Shown: positions 1 through 13,720 of the stretch, piece after piece
Layout: every line of letters starts with the position of its first letter
Numbering within the stretch: the stretch's first letter is position 1
Assembly (NCBI RefSeq): GCF_009914755.1
Contig: NC_060935.1
Origin: the human T2T-CHM13v2.0 reference genome, Homo sapiens
Length of the DNA stretch: 64,000 nucleotides
Direction: 5' to 3' (one strand)
Made by a program: the position numbers and the translations under genes
The notes under the pieces: model-generated
What the model was told of the DNA's origin: nothing
The model's database searches: none
Seen by the model: only the letters and a program-made list of their open reading frames with translations

Positions 1-29
1 TGACCACTATTTCCAGGTAAGGACATAGT

Positions 30-520
<491 letters not shown>

Positions 521-551
521 AAATATCCTGTTATACTGTCCTGATAATTTA

Positions 552-1262
<711 letters not shown>

Positions 1263-2974
1263 TAACTAAGTCTTCTGATAGAGTCTAACCAGCTTGTTGG
1301 GAAACAAGTAAACTGAGAAAAACCTACTCAGATTATTAGGTCATGCCCATGGCTACAGCAGCAGAGCCAGCGTGGCAAAAGCTAAATTACTGAATTCAAA
1401 TAATTGTCATCGTGATGCACATATGTTAAGGGCATGGTTGTATGCACACATTTTTATTTTGAACTCATTCGAATGTTTAAACAGCCACAGAGCAATTTTC
1501 CTTTGCAAGCTGCTGGCACGTAACATGCACTAATTCTTTCTTTCTCTGGCTAGTATAGAGCTGTCATTATTCACTGGGGAGCCTTGCTTAGGAGGCAGTG
1601 GTTCAGTGCCCTTCAGTTCAGTTTATGCTTCACCACCAGACTAAGCAGCCCTGTAGTTTGACATGCGTTAATTACAACTGAACAACTGGTAGGGCCATTC
1701 CCAGTCTTAGTTAAAGCTGGTTGCATTGGCTTCTGGCATAAAGAGCCAGGACTGGACCTGGTGGGAAGCTGGCTGGACATGGCTTTTCCTGGAAAGGTGA
1801 TAACTAGAATTTTTGAAGGAACTGGGAAAAAGTGTAACTCGGTGTGTATGTGTGTATGTGTGTTTTTTTTAACATAGAGATTCGGGTATATTTTTCTTGA
1901 ATGAAGATCTATCACTTTCATGAAATTCTCAAATAGGTTTGCCACCTCCAAAATACTCACCAACAAACTTTTCAGGCTGGAAACTCATCAAGTAGCTGGT
2001 GGAAGTATCTCCAGACCATCTGCTAAGCATTCCAAGCAGGACGATTTACTGACACGGATGTGTAAACATGGGTCATAGTTTCCTGCTGCTTTTCTTTACC
2101 TGGAATGTTCTTTCTGGTCAGCTCTGTCTAACTAATTATCTCCGCCCATTAAAACAAACAAACAAGCAAATCCATAAACCATTTCCCAATCCTCACAGGA
2201 TGTTTTTAGTTTTTCTGAGAACATTTTCTTCATAGCTCTCTGAAGACATTTATATTCTGCCTTTTGGTAATTGTTTGTGTATGTGTGCATATGTATTATA
2301 TCATTTCTTAATAGAATAATAAACTTGATGAGGGTAGCAGAAATGTCTTATTCATCTGGAAATCGCTGGTAGTTGCTGGTACATGTTGGATACTTAATTT
2401 AGTATCTGCCATCTTGAATTTCACTGTTTGGGTGGATCCATAACTCAGCTGGTATGATCTGTAAATTATTGTCGGTTCCTGGCCTATAAAAAGTTGAGTG
2501 ACTGTGTAATGACGATGGATTGAGTGTTAGTATGCTCCTAGGGTTTCCTTGAAGAGACACTGGGAAAGAGAGTGCACACTTCTGTGCCTAACCCTTTGCA
2601 AGTTCCCAGCTGTAAAGGCAAGGTATAGTTAAGGAAATGATTTTCTTTCACTCTGGTAGACTCCTCTTGCCCTGTAAGTTTGTGAGAGCCCTCATTTTGC
2701 TTCCTCATACTCAAGCCTGTCTAAGTCATAAACTCAGTCTTGGTCTGGCTTCCTTCCCCCACTACCTTTTGGAGTTTAATAGATTAATGGAATAAACAAA
2801 TGAAAATGAGTTATCAGCCTGTACTCTCCGCTTGCCTCTGTTATCCAAATGACGTAGGGTCTCTCTCCCTGGGAGGCCCCATTGCTTTTGATTTGAAATT
2901 GTTTCTACTAACCATATTGGCCCAGTCTTTATTATGACTTAGTCCCTATTTTGATATTTCCTGTGATGTAACAG

Positions 2975-3777
<803 letters not shown>

Positions 3778-3815
3778 TGACTTCTAAATGTCTACATTAA
3801 TTAGACCTTACCACT

Positions 3816-4172
3816 TGTAATAGTCCATTCTTGCATTGCTATGAAGAGCTACCTGAGGCCTAATTGATTCAAAGTCCTGCAGGCTGTACAGGAAGCATGG
3901 CTGGGAGGTCTCAGCAAACTTACAATCATGATAGAAGGCCAAAGTGAAGCAGGCATGTTTTACATGGCTGGAGAAGGAGGAAGAGAGAGTGAAGGGGGTG
4001 GTGCTACACACTTTTAAACAACCAGATCTCCTAAGAACTCACTATCACAAGAACAGCAAAGGGAAAATCCAACCCCCATAATCCCATCACCTCCCACCAG
4101 GCCCCTCCTCCAACACAGGGGATTACAATTTGACCTGAGACTTGGGCAGGGTAACAAATCCAAACTGTATCA
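3816..4172 (-). mobile_element. MSTA-like MaLR solo LTR
   Basis: TG...CA termini and cttttaaacaaccagatctc, cctcccaccaggcccctcctccaacac motifs. 5-bp TSD CCACT/TCACT. Confidence 0.9.
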
Positions 4173-4194
4173 TCACTTTAGACCTTACCACTTC

Positions 4195-5072
4195 CCTCAA
4201 CTCCAGACATATATCCAGCCATGTACATGGCTTCCCTTCTTTGATTCAACGGACTTCTTAAACTTAATGCTTCCAGTACAGAAACCTCGATTTTCATTTT
4301 CAAAAAATCTCCCCTACTCTTTCTCATCTCAGAAATGGGACCCTAATTTTTTCAGATGTGCTTAGTTTCCAGTCCTGGAAATAATCTTGGAATTATTCTG
4401 TTTTCTTCATATCTAATCAATTGGTCCTGTTATTTTCTTCTCTAACCACTTCTTGTCCCGCAAACTGCTACTTCTCAAGTCCCTGAGACCATCACACCTT
4501 TCCTGGATTATCATAAACTCTTCACCACATTGCACCTTTACTCCATTCCAGTTCTCCTCATTCTATTTTTCATAAAGAAATTGGAGTGATATTTTTAAAT
4601 GTAAATCAGGTCACCCAACTTATCATCTCAAAACCTCCCAGTGGTTTCCCAGCCCATTATAAAAGATCTGAAATCCTCATCATGTCCCCTAAAGTGACAC
4701 GTACTCTTGTGTCTGCCTAATTTCTAACGTCATTTTTTCCCGTCCTGTACTACAGTTGTAAAATGCTTGTTCTTCTGCTTTTAAAACACTTCAAACTTAT
4801 TTCCTGCTCAGAGCCCTGCCTCTACCCTCATCAGCCAGTCCCTCTTCAGTCCTTATTTTTTTTTTCATAGCATTTATTACCACATGGAATGTTTTTTGGT
4901 CAGTTTTTGTTTTCTCCTTCCTGTCAGTAGTATGTAAAGCCTACTGGAATTTATACAAGAGACAGGATGTTGTCAATTTTATTGCTGTAACTAACATCTA
5001 GAGCGGAATCTGTTATATAATAGCTGCCTAACAAATACTTTTCAGTAGGTTAATGAATGACTGCATGAATGT
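4195..5072 (+). mobile_element. L2 LINE 3' fragment
   Basis: Pyrimidine-rich L2 3' sequence ending in aaatactt...ttaatgaatgactgcatgaatg, the L2 tail. Confidence 0.7.
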
Positions 5073-7189
5073 ATCTATCCATCATTTCTATTTTAGAATT
5101 TATCAACACCATCACTATTAACTGTAATTCTGTTCTTATCCAACTACCTACTTATCCATCCACCCAAAGAAGATTTATTGGCACCAATTTTGTGCCCCAT
5201 TGATAGTCTAATTAGAGAAACAAAATCTACCACCAAGTATCAGGCAGGAGCATATTTTCACTTGGTATAAACTGATGTTTCCACATCTCTAGGGGATCTT
5301 TTTGTCCCTTAGTCACTTCTCTTCATGGCCACCAACTAATAGGCTCTCTCTTAATTCTTGCAATGCCTACTTGGTTTAATTCTGTATAATCATCAGGTTA
5401 CTCTGGCTTTGGGGGATGCTGATTTAAGAATGGGCTACCAATACCTCTTTTGTCTGCAATCATTTGGTATTTAAGGATTATTTCTTGCCAAAAAAAAATT
5501 GTTAAACCAAAAAGGCAAGGGACATCATTTAGGGATAAGACCAAAGTACCTGGTCCTGGTTTGGTAAATCAAATGGGTTGGCATGAGGCCAAGATGGGCA
5601 TGGCATAGTAATGTTAACCTACAGACTGACCAACGTAGTGCATAAGGGAGCCAGTTTTCATGTTTCTAGACCATGATATCTACTGTCTAAATTTCCTGGG
5701 CCTCCTTTTTTTGACTAGGTAGTGTCCACCTTTTCATTGACGATAATGTTAAAAGGCCTCTGTGGCACAGGTTTGCAATTTCTATGCTTTCTTGATGTTG
5801 AAAGCATCATAGAGTTAAAATCAGGCTGCAGCTGTTGCTTGTTAGTACCATAACTTTGCCATATGTTCTAAGGTTTGTGAAATGGAGAATAAATCCCTTG
5901 GAGCTGGAGATTTTCAAACTCTTGGATTTCAGTGTAAACATAAGGTATTCTACTTTTGAAAGAACTGTGAATGTCTGAAGCATTTTGACAAAATCATCTT
6001 TGATCTCAGGAAGCCAGCATAGTGCTTAGCACAAAGTCAATGTGTAATTGATGTATGATGAGTGAGGTTTTTCTAACTTTTTCAACAACTGCCCAGTCCT
6101 GGAATGGGTTTAAGATTAACCTGCTTTCCTCTCGTTGCACTAAGTCAATCCTTTATTTAAAAAAAAAAAAAAAGCAAGACTTATCTTTTGGATGCAACTT
6201 TTTTTGCCTTTACATCCCAGATGTAGAATAATAAGATGGAAGATTCTTGGGCAGAAAAGCAGGAGACCTTGTTTCTGCTTCAGTATGGGCTGATAACTGA
6301 GTTGTGAACTTGTGTAAGTTGTTTTACCTCTCTGGGCTTTTGCTTCTTTGTTTGTAAAATGAAGGGCTCAAATTAGATCTCCTAAGAGTTCTTCTGTATT
6401 TCACATTCTGTGAGTTTCTTGCTTAGACACCCCCAACCTTATGTCTAAGCATGCTAAGGGAGAGTGTGTTATGGGGAGCTCATTGCATTTCAGGTGTTTT
6501 CCTCCATATTGAATTAAATCCCTCACTTGTCTCTGCTTTGTACCTCCTGCAACTTTATTTTAGGTTGTAGAGTTGGCTGCCAGGTATCATTTTTTTTTTC
6601 TATTCTTCTTGAACTAAGTAGTAAAAGAGTTACTATGACAATGGAGTAATTTTCCTGGATGCCCACATTCAATTTGCTTAAGTAGATATTAGGATGGCAA
6701 CATGTTTCATTAGCTCCGAGGCCCTTGGGATGTAACACTGAAGTGCTATGCAGGCCAGAGCTTCAGGTTAAGCCCATTGAAACCTGGATCTATTGACTGT
6801 GTAGAGATGACATTTTCCTTACAGCGCCTGTGTCTCAGTTGTTTGGACTTGATAAGTATCAAAATAAATTACTAAAGGAAATTATAAGAAGATCTGCTAC
6901 TTCAGCTAACAAAAAAAGAAATGGAATAAAAACTTTAAGCACAGTACTAGATACCATAAATCAGAAAGTAAATAGCCAAGATATTAAAAAATATGTTTTG
7001 CATCTGTTTGTTTATTTTCCTTTGATGTAAAAGAGGAAAATAGACCTTTATCTAAATTAAAGATTAGATTCCCAAAGGCAGTATATTAAGCAGATGGAAA
7101 TTATATGTAGCTAATGTCCAATAGTGAGAAAATGGAGTGAGTTTGGTCATTTGAGTAAAATACCAATTCTGATTAATAATCATAACAGT

Positions 7190-7440
7190 AATAAAATAAA
7201 CATTAATGTTTATAATAGTAGTATCAGTGAACAATTTTGAATGCTATGTGTCAGACATTATGTTGATGATTACCACATGAAGTATATGTTATTATTATTA
7301 TTCCAGTTTTACAGGTAAGAGAAATGGAGGTTTAGAGAGGTTGATGACGGGCCCAAAATCATGTTAAGTATGCAAACTGAGTAGCTGATTTGGGATTATC
7401 TCATTCTCACATCTTATACTTAGCCTTAATCTATACTTGC
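7190..7440 (-). mobile_element. MIR SINE
   Basis: attattattccagttttacaggtaagagaaatggaggtttagagaggtt is the antisense MIR core. Confidence 0.65.
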
Positions 7441-8089
7441 ATACTCTAAACATACCATACTACTGCCCAAATCATTGCAAATGATGCAATTAAAAGCTGG
7501 AGAAGGTTTCAGAGTGCATAATCTCAGACTTCCTCAAGTACTCAGCCTGTGTTAAGTGTGGGTCTGTCTGGGCACTAATTTGGAAATGACAAGTTGGACA
7601 GGCTGGGGTTGGTGCATGTTACAACCCTGGGATGACTTTATGAGACACACTGGAGGGCTTCTGAAGGGAGGCTAGTGATGTATCGTAGACTTCTTAAGAT
7701 TTTTTTACAATTAAAGAGAACCCAGGAAGGCCACCTATTGTTAATATTTTAAAAGTACTGGGAAATAAACTATATACACATGTACGCACTCATATACACA
7801 CATTCTCTATTCAATGCAAGGATGGTATAGTTGACCCTTGACCAACACAGTGGGGGTGCTGACCCCCTGCGTAGTAGAAAATCCATGTTTAAATTTTGAC
7901 TCTCCCCAAAACTTAACTACTAATAGCCTGGTGTTGACCTGAAGTCTTATTGATAACATAAACAGTTTATTAACATGTATTTTGTATGTCACATGTATTA
8001 TATATACTGTATTTTTACAATATAATGTAAGCTAGATAAAAGAATATGTTATTAAGAGAATCATAAGGAAGAGAAAATGTGTTTACTAT

Positions 8090-9568
8090 TGTGTTCGGAA
8101 TTGGTGGGTTCTTGGTCTCACTGACTTCAAGAATGAAGCTGTGGACCCTCGCTGTGAGTGTTACAGTTCTTAAAGGTGGCGTGTCCGGAGTTTGTTCCTT
8201 CTGATGTTCGGATGTCTTCAGAGTTTCTTCCTTCTGGTGGGGTTCGTGGTCTCACCGGCTCAGGAGTGAAGCTGCGGACCTTCGCGGTGAGTGTTACAGC
8301 TCTTAAGGCAGCGCCTCTGGAGTTGTTCGTTCCTCCTGGTGGGTTCATGGTCTCACTGGTTTTAGGAGTGAAGCTGCAGACCTTTGCGGTGAGTGTTACA
8401 GCTCATAAAGGCAGTGTGGACCCAAAGAGTGAGAAGCAGCAGGATTTATTGCAAAGAGCGAAAGAACAAAGCTTCCACAGTGTGGAAGGGGACTAGAACG
8501 GGTTGCCACTGATGGCTCTGGCAGCCTGCTTTTATTCTCTTATCTGGCCCCACCCACATCCTGCTGATTGGTCCATTTTACAGAGAGCGGGAGTGGTCTG
8601 TTTTGACAGGGTGCTGATTGGTGCATTTACAATCCCTGAGCTAGACACAAAGGTTCTCCACGTCCCCACTAGATTAGCTAGATACAGAGTGTCGATTGGT
8701 GCATTCACAAACCCTGAGCTAGACACAGGGTGCTGATTGGTGCGTTTACAATCCCTGAGCTAGACACAAAAGTTCTCCACCTCCCCACTAGATTAGCTAG
8801 ATATGGAGTGTCCACACAAAGGTTCTCCAAGTCCCCACCAGAGTAGCTAGATACAGAGTGTTGATTGGTGCATTTACAACCCTTAGCTAGACATAAAGGT
8901 TCTCCAAGTCCCCACCAGAGTCAGGAGCCCATCTGGCTTCACCCAAGTGGATCCCGCACCGGGGCAGCAGGTGGAGCTGCCTGCCATTCCCACGCAGTGC
9001 GCCCGCACTCCTCAGCCCTTGGGTGGTTGATGGGACTGGGCACCGTGGAGCAGGGAGCAGCGCTCATCAGGGAGGCTTGGGCTGCACAGGAGCCCAAGGA
9101 GATGGGGAGGCTCAGGCATGGCAGGCTGCAGGTCCTGAGCCCTGCCCAGTGGGGAGGCAGCTAAGGCCCGGTGAGAAATCAATCTCAGCGCCGGTGAGCC
9201 GGCACTGCTGGGGGACCCAGTACACCCTCCGAGGCAGCTGGCCCGGGTGCTAAGCCCCTCATTGCCTGGGGCTGGCAGGGCTGGCCGGCCACTCTGAGTG
9301 CAGGGCCTGCCAAGCCCATGCCCACCCAGAACTCCAGCTGGCCCGTAAGTGCCACGCACAGCCCCGGTTCCCTCTCGCGCCTCTCCCTCCACACCCCCCT
9401 GCAAGCTGAGGGAGCCAGCTCCAGCCTTGGCCAGCCCAGAAAGGGGCTCCCACAGTGCAGTGGTGGGCTGAAGGGCTCTTCAAGTGCTGCCAAAGTGGGA
9501 GCCCAGGCAGAGGAGGCACTGAGAACGAGCAAGGGCTGCGAGGGCTGCCAGCATGCTGTCACCTCTCA
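8090..9568 (-). mobile_element. LTR12 (ERV9, LTR12C-like) solo LTR, 1479 bp
   Basis: Termini tgtgttcggaattgg... and ...gctgtcacctctca, with a perfect 4-bp TSD CTAT. Contains tandem gattggtgcatttacaa repeats and a GC-rich U3. Confidence 0.97.
8500..8900 (-). promoter_or_regulatory. LTR12 U3 promoter/enhancer: CCAAT (NF-Y) repeats and AATAAA TATA-like box
   Basis: Five ATTGG motifs between ~8567 and ~8868, plus ttttattc at ~8530. This matches known ERV9 LTR promoter architecture and would fire toward lower coordinates. Confidence 0.65.
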
Positions 9569-10170
9569 CTATGTATTAAGTAGAAGTGGATCATCATAAG
9601 GTCTTTGTTCTTGTCTTCACATTGAGTAGACTGAGGAGGAAGAGAAAGAGGAGGGATTGGTCCTGCTTTCTCAGGGGTGGCAGAGGAGAAAGAAAATTTG
9701 CATGTAAGTGGACTTGCATAGTTCAAACTCATGTTTTTCAAGGGTCAACTGTACTTAGACACTGAAATGATGATTACAAGAACTCACTGCACATTTTCTT
9801 CCAGACTCAAACTGTAGGTTCCATACTCGCAGTAAACATTGCATGTCAAGAGAGCAGAACAGAGCCCACTGTTCAGATAGGACTTGCATATGACTGGGAC
9901 GTCTCCAAATGTGCAGGCCATCCTCTAACTGGTTTATTTTTTAGGCGGGAGACATGGGGTGGGGCATAAGAAAATGAGACTGAGTCCAGTGGAGCTGTGC
10001 TTATGCCTTTGCTGTACCACTTACCGGCTGCAACGTCTTAGGAAACTGATTTAACTCTCTGATTATCAGTTCCCTCAGCAGTAAAATGGGGATGATTTCT
10101 TACAAAGCAGCAAAGCCAGGACTCTGGTGAGTTGGTAGAGTAGAGTAGCATGAAATCTACCTGCATGAGG

Positions 10171-10681
10171 TGCCGAGACCAGCTCGGTTGGGGAGACCCT
10201 AACCCAGAGGTGCTAGAGGAATTAAAGACACACACACAGAAATATAGAGGTGTAAAGTGGGAAATCAGGGGTCTCACAGCCCAGAGCTGAGAGCCCCGAA
10301 CAGAGATTTACCCACCTATTTATTAACAGCAAGCCAGTCATTAGCATTGTTTCTATAGATATTCAATTAACTAAAAGTAACCTTTATGGGAAACAAAGGG
10401 ATGGGCCGAAATAAAGGGGTGGGTCTGGCTAGTTATCTGCAGTAGGAACATGCCCTTAAGGCACAGATCGCTCATGCTATTGTTTGTGGTTTAAGAACGC
10501 CTTTAAGCAGTTTTCCGCCCTGGGCGGGCCAGGTGTTCTTTGCCCTCATTCCGGTAAACCCACAACCTTCTAGCGTGGGCATTATGACCATCATGAACAT
10601 GTCACAGTGCTGCAGAGATTTTGTTTATGGCCAGTTTTGGGGCCAGTTTATGGCCAGATTTTGGGGGGCCTGTTCCCAACA
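10171..10681 (-). mobile_element. MER9 (HERV-K9/HML-3) solo LTR, 511 bp
   Basis: Termini tgccgagaccagctcgg and ggcctgttcccaaca, with tggccag repeats. 6-bp TSD ATGAGG/ATGGGG, typical of ERVK. Confidence 0.92.
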
Positions 10682-10737
10682 ATGGGGATCTTGGAGAAAC
10701 TCGAGGGAAGGTACATGATGTGTTGACCTTCACTTAA

Positions 10738-11255
10738 TGTGGTAGACATTGTAATTATCTTCCCAGATCCATTCCACCCCTCCCCCATTACACTGTTAGG
10801 GTGCAGATTGGGTGGGCCTTAAGTAGCAAAAGCCAATCAGCATTCTTTCATCCCCTTTGACACAGTAATTGTTTCGGGGATGGGCAGAAACCATAGGTCT
10901 AAGCCAATCAACATATGCCATCTACCCGACCAAGTTAGTCAAGTCAGAACCTGGGACTATTTTATCTATGATTGGAGAAAGGATAGGACCCCTCTCTTAG
11001 CTTGAATGATATGATATGTGTTTATAAGATCTGAGACTGCTGCAGCCACAAGGGAAGTCACTTGAAGATATAGATGTCATATATAGGAGGATAGAGAAAA
11101 GAGAATGCTAAGGAAATGGAGCCAGAGTCCTGAACGAACTATTTCTAAATTCCATACTAGCTTTTTTCACACAAATAAGATAATTCCCTTTGTGGTTTAA
11201 ATCAGTTGATCTGAGTTTTGAATTGCTATTACTTGCAACTAAAAGCATGCTAAGA
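10738..11255 (+). mobile_element. Old MLT1-family MaLR LTR
   Basis: Starts tgtggtagac and ends with ...tacttgcaactaaaagcat. Subfamily uncertain. Confidence 0.6.
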
Positions 11256-11977
11256 AATTCATCCCCCGCACTTACAATCCTTTAGTTGTCAGAGGACAGG
11301 AATGCTTATGAGTTCAGAGTGTGCCTGTCTCTTAAACTTGTTCCCTGTTGAAGTGTTGACACCTTCTATATCCCAGCCCTGTTCACCTTGCCACCACCAA
11401 ACTTTGGACACATGTTTGATGCCTAGGCTGAGATAGCTTTGTAACTAGAAGTTAAATGAGAATTTTACTACACTCTGAGGCACATTGGGTTCAAGCTGCA
11501 TTGCTTCAAGAACATCTAATGAACATTAATGCAAAACAAGGGACTAGATCTTTTACTATGCCCACAGATCTCCACAGAGGTTTGGCCATAGAGGATAGCA
11601 ATGCATTTGTGAAGAGCATATAGTGGCTATTTTTCTTTGCCAGGTTATCTGTGACATCTTACACCTAAATTTAAAGAAATAATGATATCTATGTACATTA
11701 AGTATGGCTACTACAGTTTTAAAACAGGCCTATGGAATAAAATATATCACGTTTTACCACTTTTTAATTGACTGCCTAATAAGCTATGAGAGAGGGGACA
11801 GGAAAGCAGCAAAGGAGGAAAAGCATAAGAAAGAATAAATGATTCTAGGAGCCAGAAAGGGTCAGGGAACTGGTAAATAGGAGAACCAAATCATGTGGCT
11901 CTGCTTTAAGCTTATCTTGGTGGCTCTTTTAACTCTACATATTTAATCCTGAACTTATAAACCTTGTACTAGTATCA

Positions 11978-12651
11978 TGTATTAGTAAAGGCAAAGCTAA
12001 CTTACTTAACAAATAAGCACCAAAATTTCAATGGCCTAATACAATAGAATTTTCCTATTATATTCATGTAACAAGCCAAGACAGGCAATCCTGATCTGTG
12101 TTGTTGATTTTTCTCCATGAGGGATTCAAGAACTCAGCCTTCTTTTATCTCATGGTCTGCTATCCTATAAGGCAGGAGTTGGTAACTTACAGCCTATGGG
12201 CTACATATGGCCCTTCACCTCTTTTTTTGTAAATAAAACTTTATTAAAACACAGTTCCAAATACTTGTTTATGTATTGCCATGCCTACTTTGCACTATAA
12301 AGGCATTGTTGAGCAGTTATGACAGAGATCATATGGCAATAAGGCATAAAGTATTTATTACCTAGAAAAAGTTTGTCAATGCTTGCTATAGGTCCCATTT
12401 TTAATCTACATTGAACCAGCAGGAATCGAAGTGCATGAAGAAGTTACAACCACTTCTTTAAAGCCTTGGATCAGGCAAGACACATATTTCCCCTATTTCC
12501 ATTTCATTAATAAAAACACATAGCCACAATAGATGCAAGAAGTGCTGGAAAGTCTCTAAGTCAGTCTCTAGCTAAGCCTCTTCTCAGAAATATCTCAGCA
12601 TCAGAAAGGGTGAACATACATCTTGATAGACAGCTATCTGTTTCTGTCACA
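11978..12651 (-). mobile_element. Old MLT1-family LTR containing a MER58
   Basis: tgtattagt...aaaatttcaatggcctaatacaatagaa...tttctgtcaca. Confidence 0.6.
12173..12385 (-). mobile_element. MER58A hAT-Charlie MITE
   Basis: caggagttggtaact...ttttgtaaataaaactttatt...aaagtttgtcaatgcttg. 8-bp TSD CTATAAGG/CTATAGGT. Confidence 0.8.
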
Positions 12652-13214
12652 AAACATCTAATCGTAAGCCCAAAGGGAACCACAGAAGTTATACTTAATT
12701 AGTTCATACTCATCAAGTGTACCCTATGTTTTGAACATGTTGGGTTATTACAAAGAGAGGTGAATAAGACTCAATCAAATAAGTGAAACCACATATATAG
12801 ATTTATTTCATGCTTGTTACAGAAAATTCAAATTCAAGACAGTCATCTAGAATGATTGTGGAGTGAATGATGGGCTGGTTGGGGAAAGGAATCTGGTTCT
12901 TGGTACAGTGCTGCCCTAGATATTAGCTATTGGCTATTACCAGGTGGGTGGTGGGGGGATTGCAGAATGATTTTGTTCTGCTTAAAAGACTTGGGGCAGA
13001 GACTGTCAGAATTGGGCATCAGTGGGCATGGAGATCCAGGTTACATGGGCACTGTCATGAAGCTCACCAAAGAACTGTGCTAGCAATGAAGGAAGATTGA
13101 AGTTGTCAGCAATAAAACTAGCCTCAGCTGATGAGCTGAGGAGTGAAGATAAACTTGCCTATCAGGTCTTTGTAATTTAAATTAAGTTCTTTTTCCTCTA
13201 CTCCATACTACTCT

Positions 13215-13720
13215 TTTTTTATTTGATTAAATTCAATTAAGTGCCTACTTTTTGCTTGGCAGTGGGGATACTGAGAAAATAAGATGCCCTTGAGGAACAT
13301 ATGATTTAATGGAGGAGATAAACACAGAAATAGTTTCATAAATATGGTAATTCTCCTGTGAATGTCATGCCCAGGTGCTTAATCCCATATGAGGGACTGG
13401 TTTAGCATGTTAAGAATAACTTCCTAGATGTGATGACACTTGAGTTATGCCTTAATAGCTAAGGATTAGGCAGAGAGAAGAGAAGATACCAAGGGAGGGT
13501 TGCCCAGGGAGATAGAATGTCATCGGAATGCCCATAGACATCTAAAGCAGTGCAGTGATTTGGAGGAAATTAATGTTTCTGAAATTGTTGGATCATAAAG
13601 TTCAAGGGGCAAAATATTAGAACTTGAAGCTGGAACAATAAGCAAGGGTCAAATGACAGCGATCCAGTTAGACCATGTTGAAGACCTCAGATTGTATCCT
13701 TTCAGTGATGGGAACATCGA
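13215..13720 (-). mobile_element. L2 LINE fragment
   Basis: Antisense L2 3' end (aagtgcctac...tggggatac...gcccttgaggaac). Boundaries approximate. Confidence 0.6.

Larger units (their letters stand above)
7828..9751 (-). mobile_element. Tigger2a (MER28) DNA transposon split by an LTR12 insertion
   Basis: TIRs (t)agttgacccttga at 7828 and tcaagggtcaactg ending at 9751, both flanked by TA. The internal sequence resumes after the LTR12. Confidence 0.9.

Noticed and set aside
8600-8900. Repeat-spacer-like array resembling CRISPR (also 21990-22390)
   Set aside because: These are the known tandem U3 repeats of LTR12. The units are homologous throughout, there are no unique spacers or cas genes, and the context is primate.
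8127-9599. Dense overlapping ORFs on both strands, mirrored at 21605-23030, that look like duplicated genes
   Set aside because: All lie within GC-rich LTR12 sequence. Their similarity simply reflects two copies of the same LTR.
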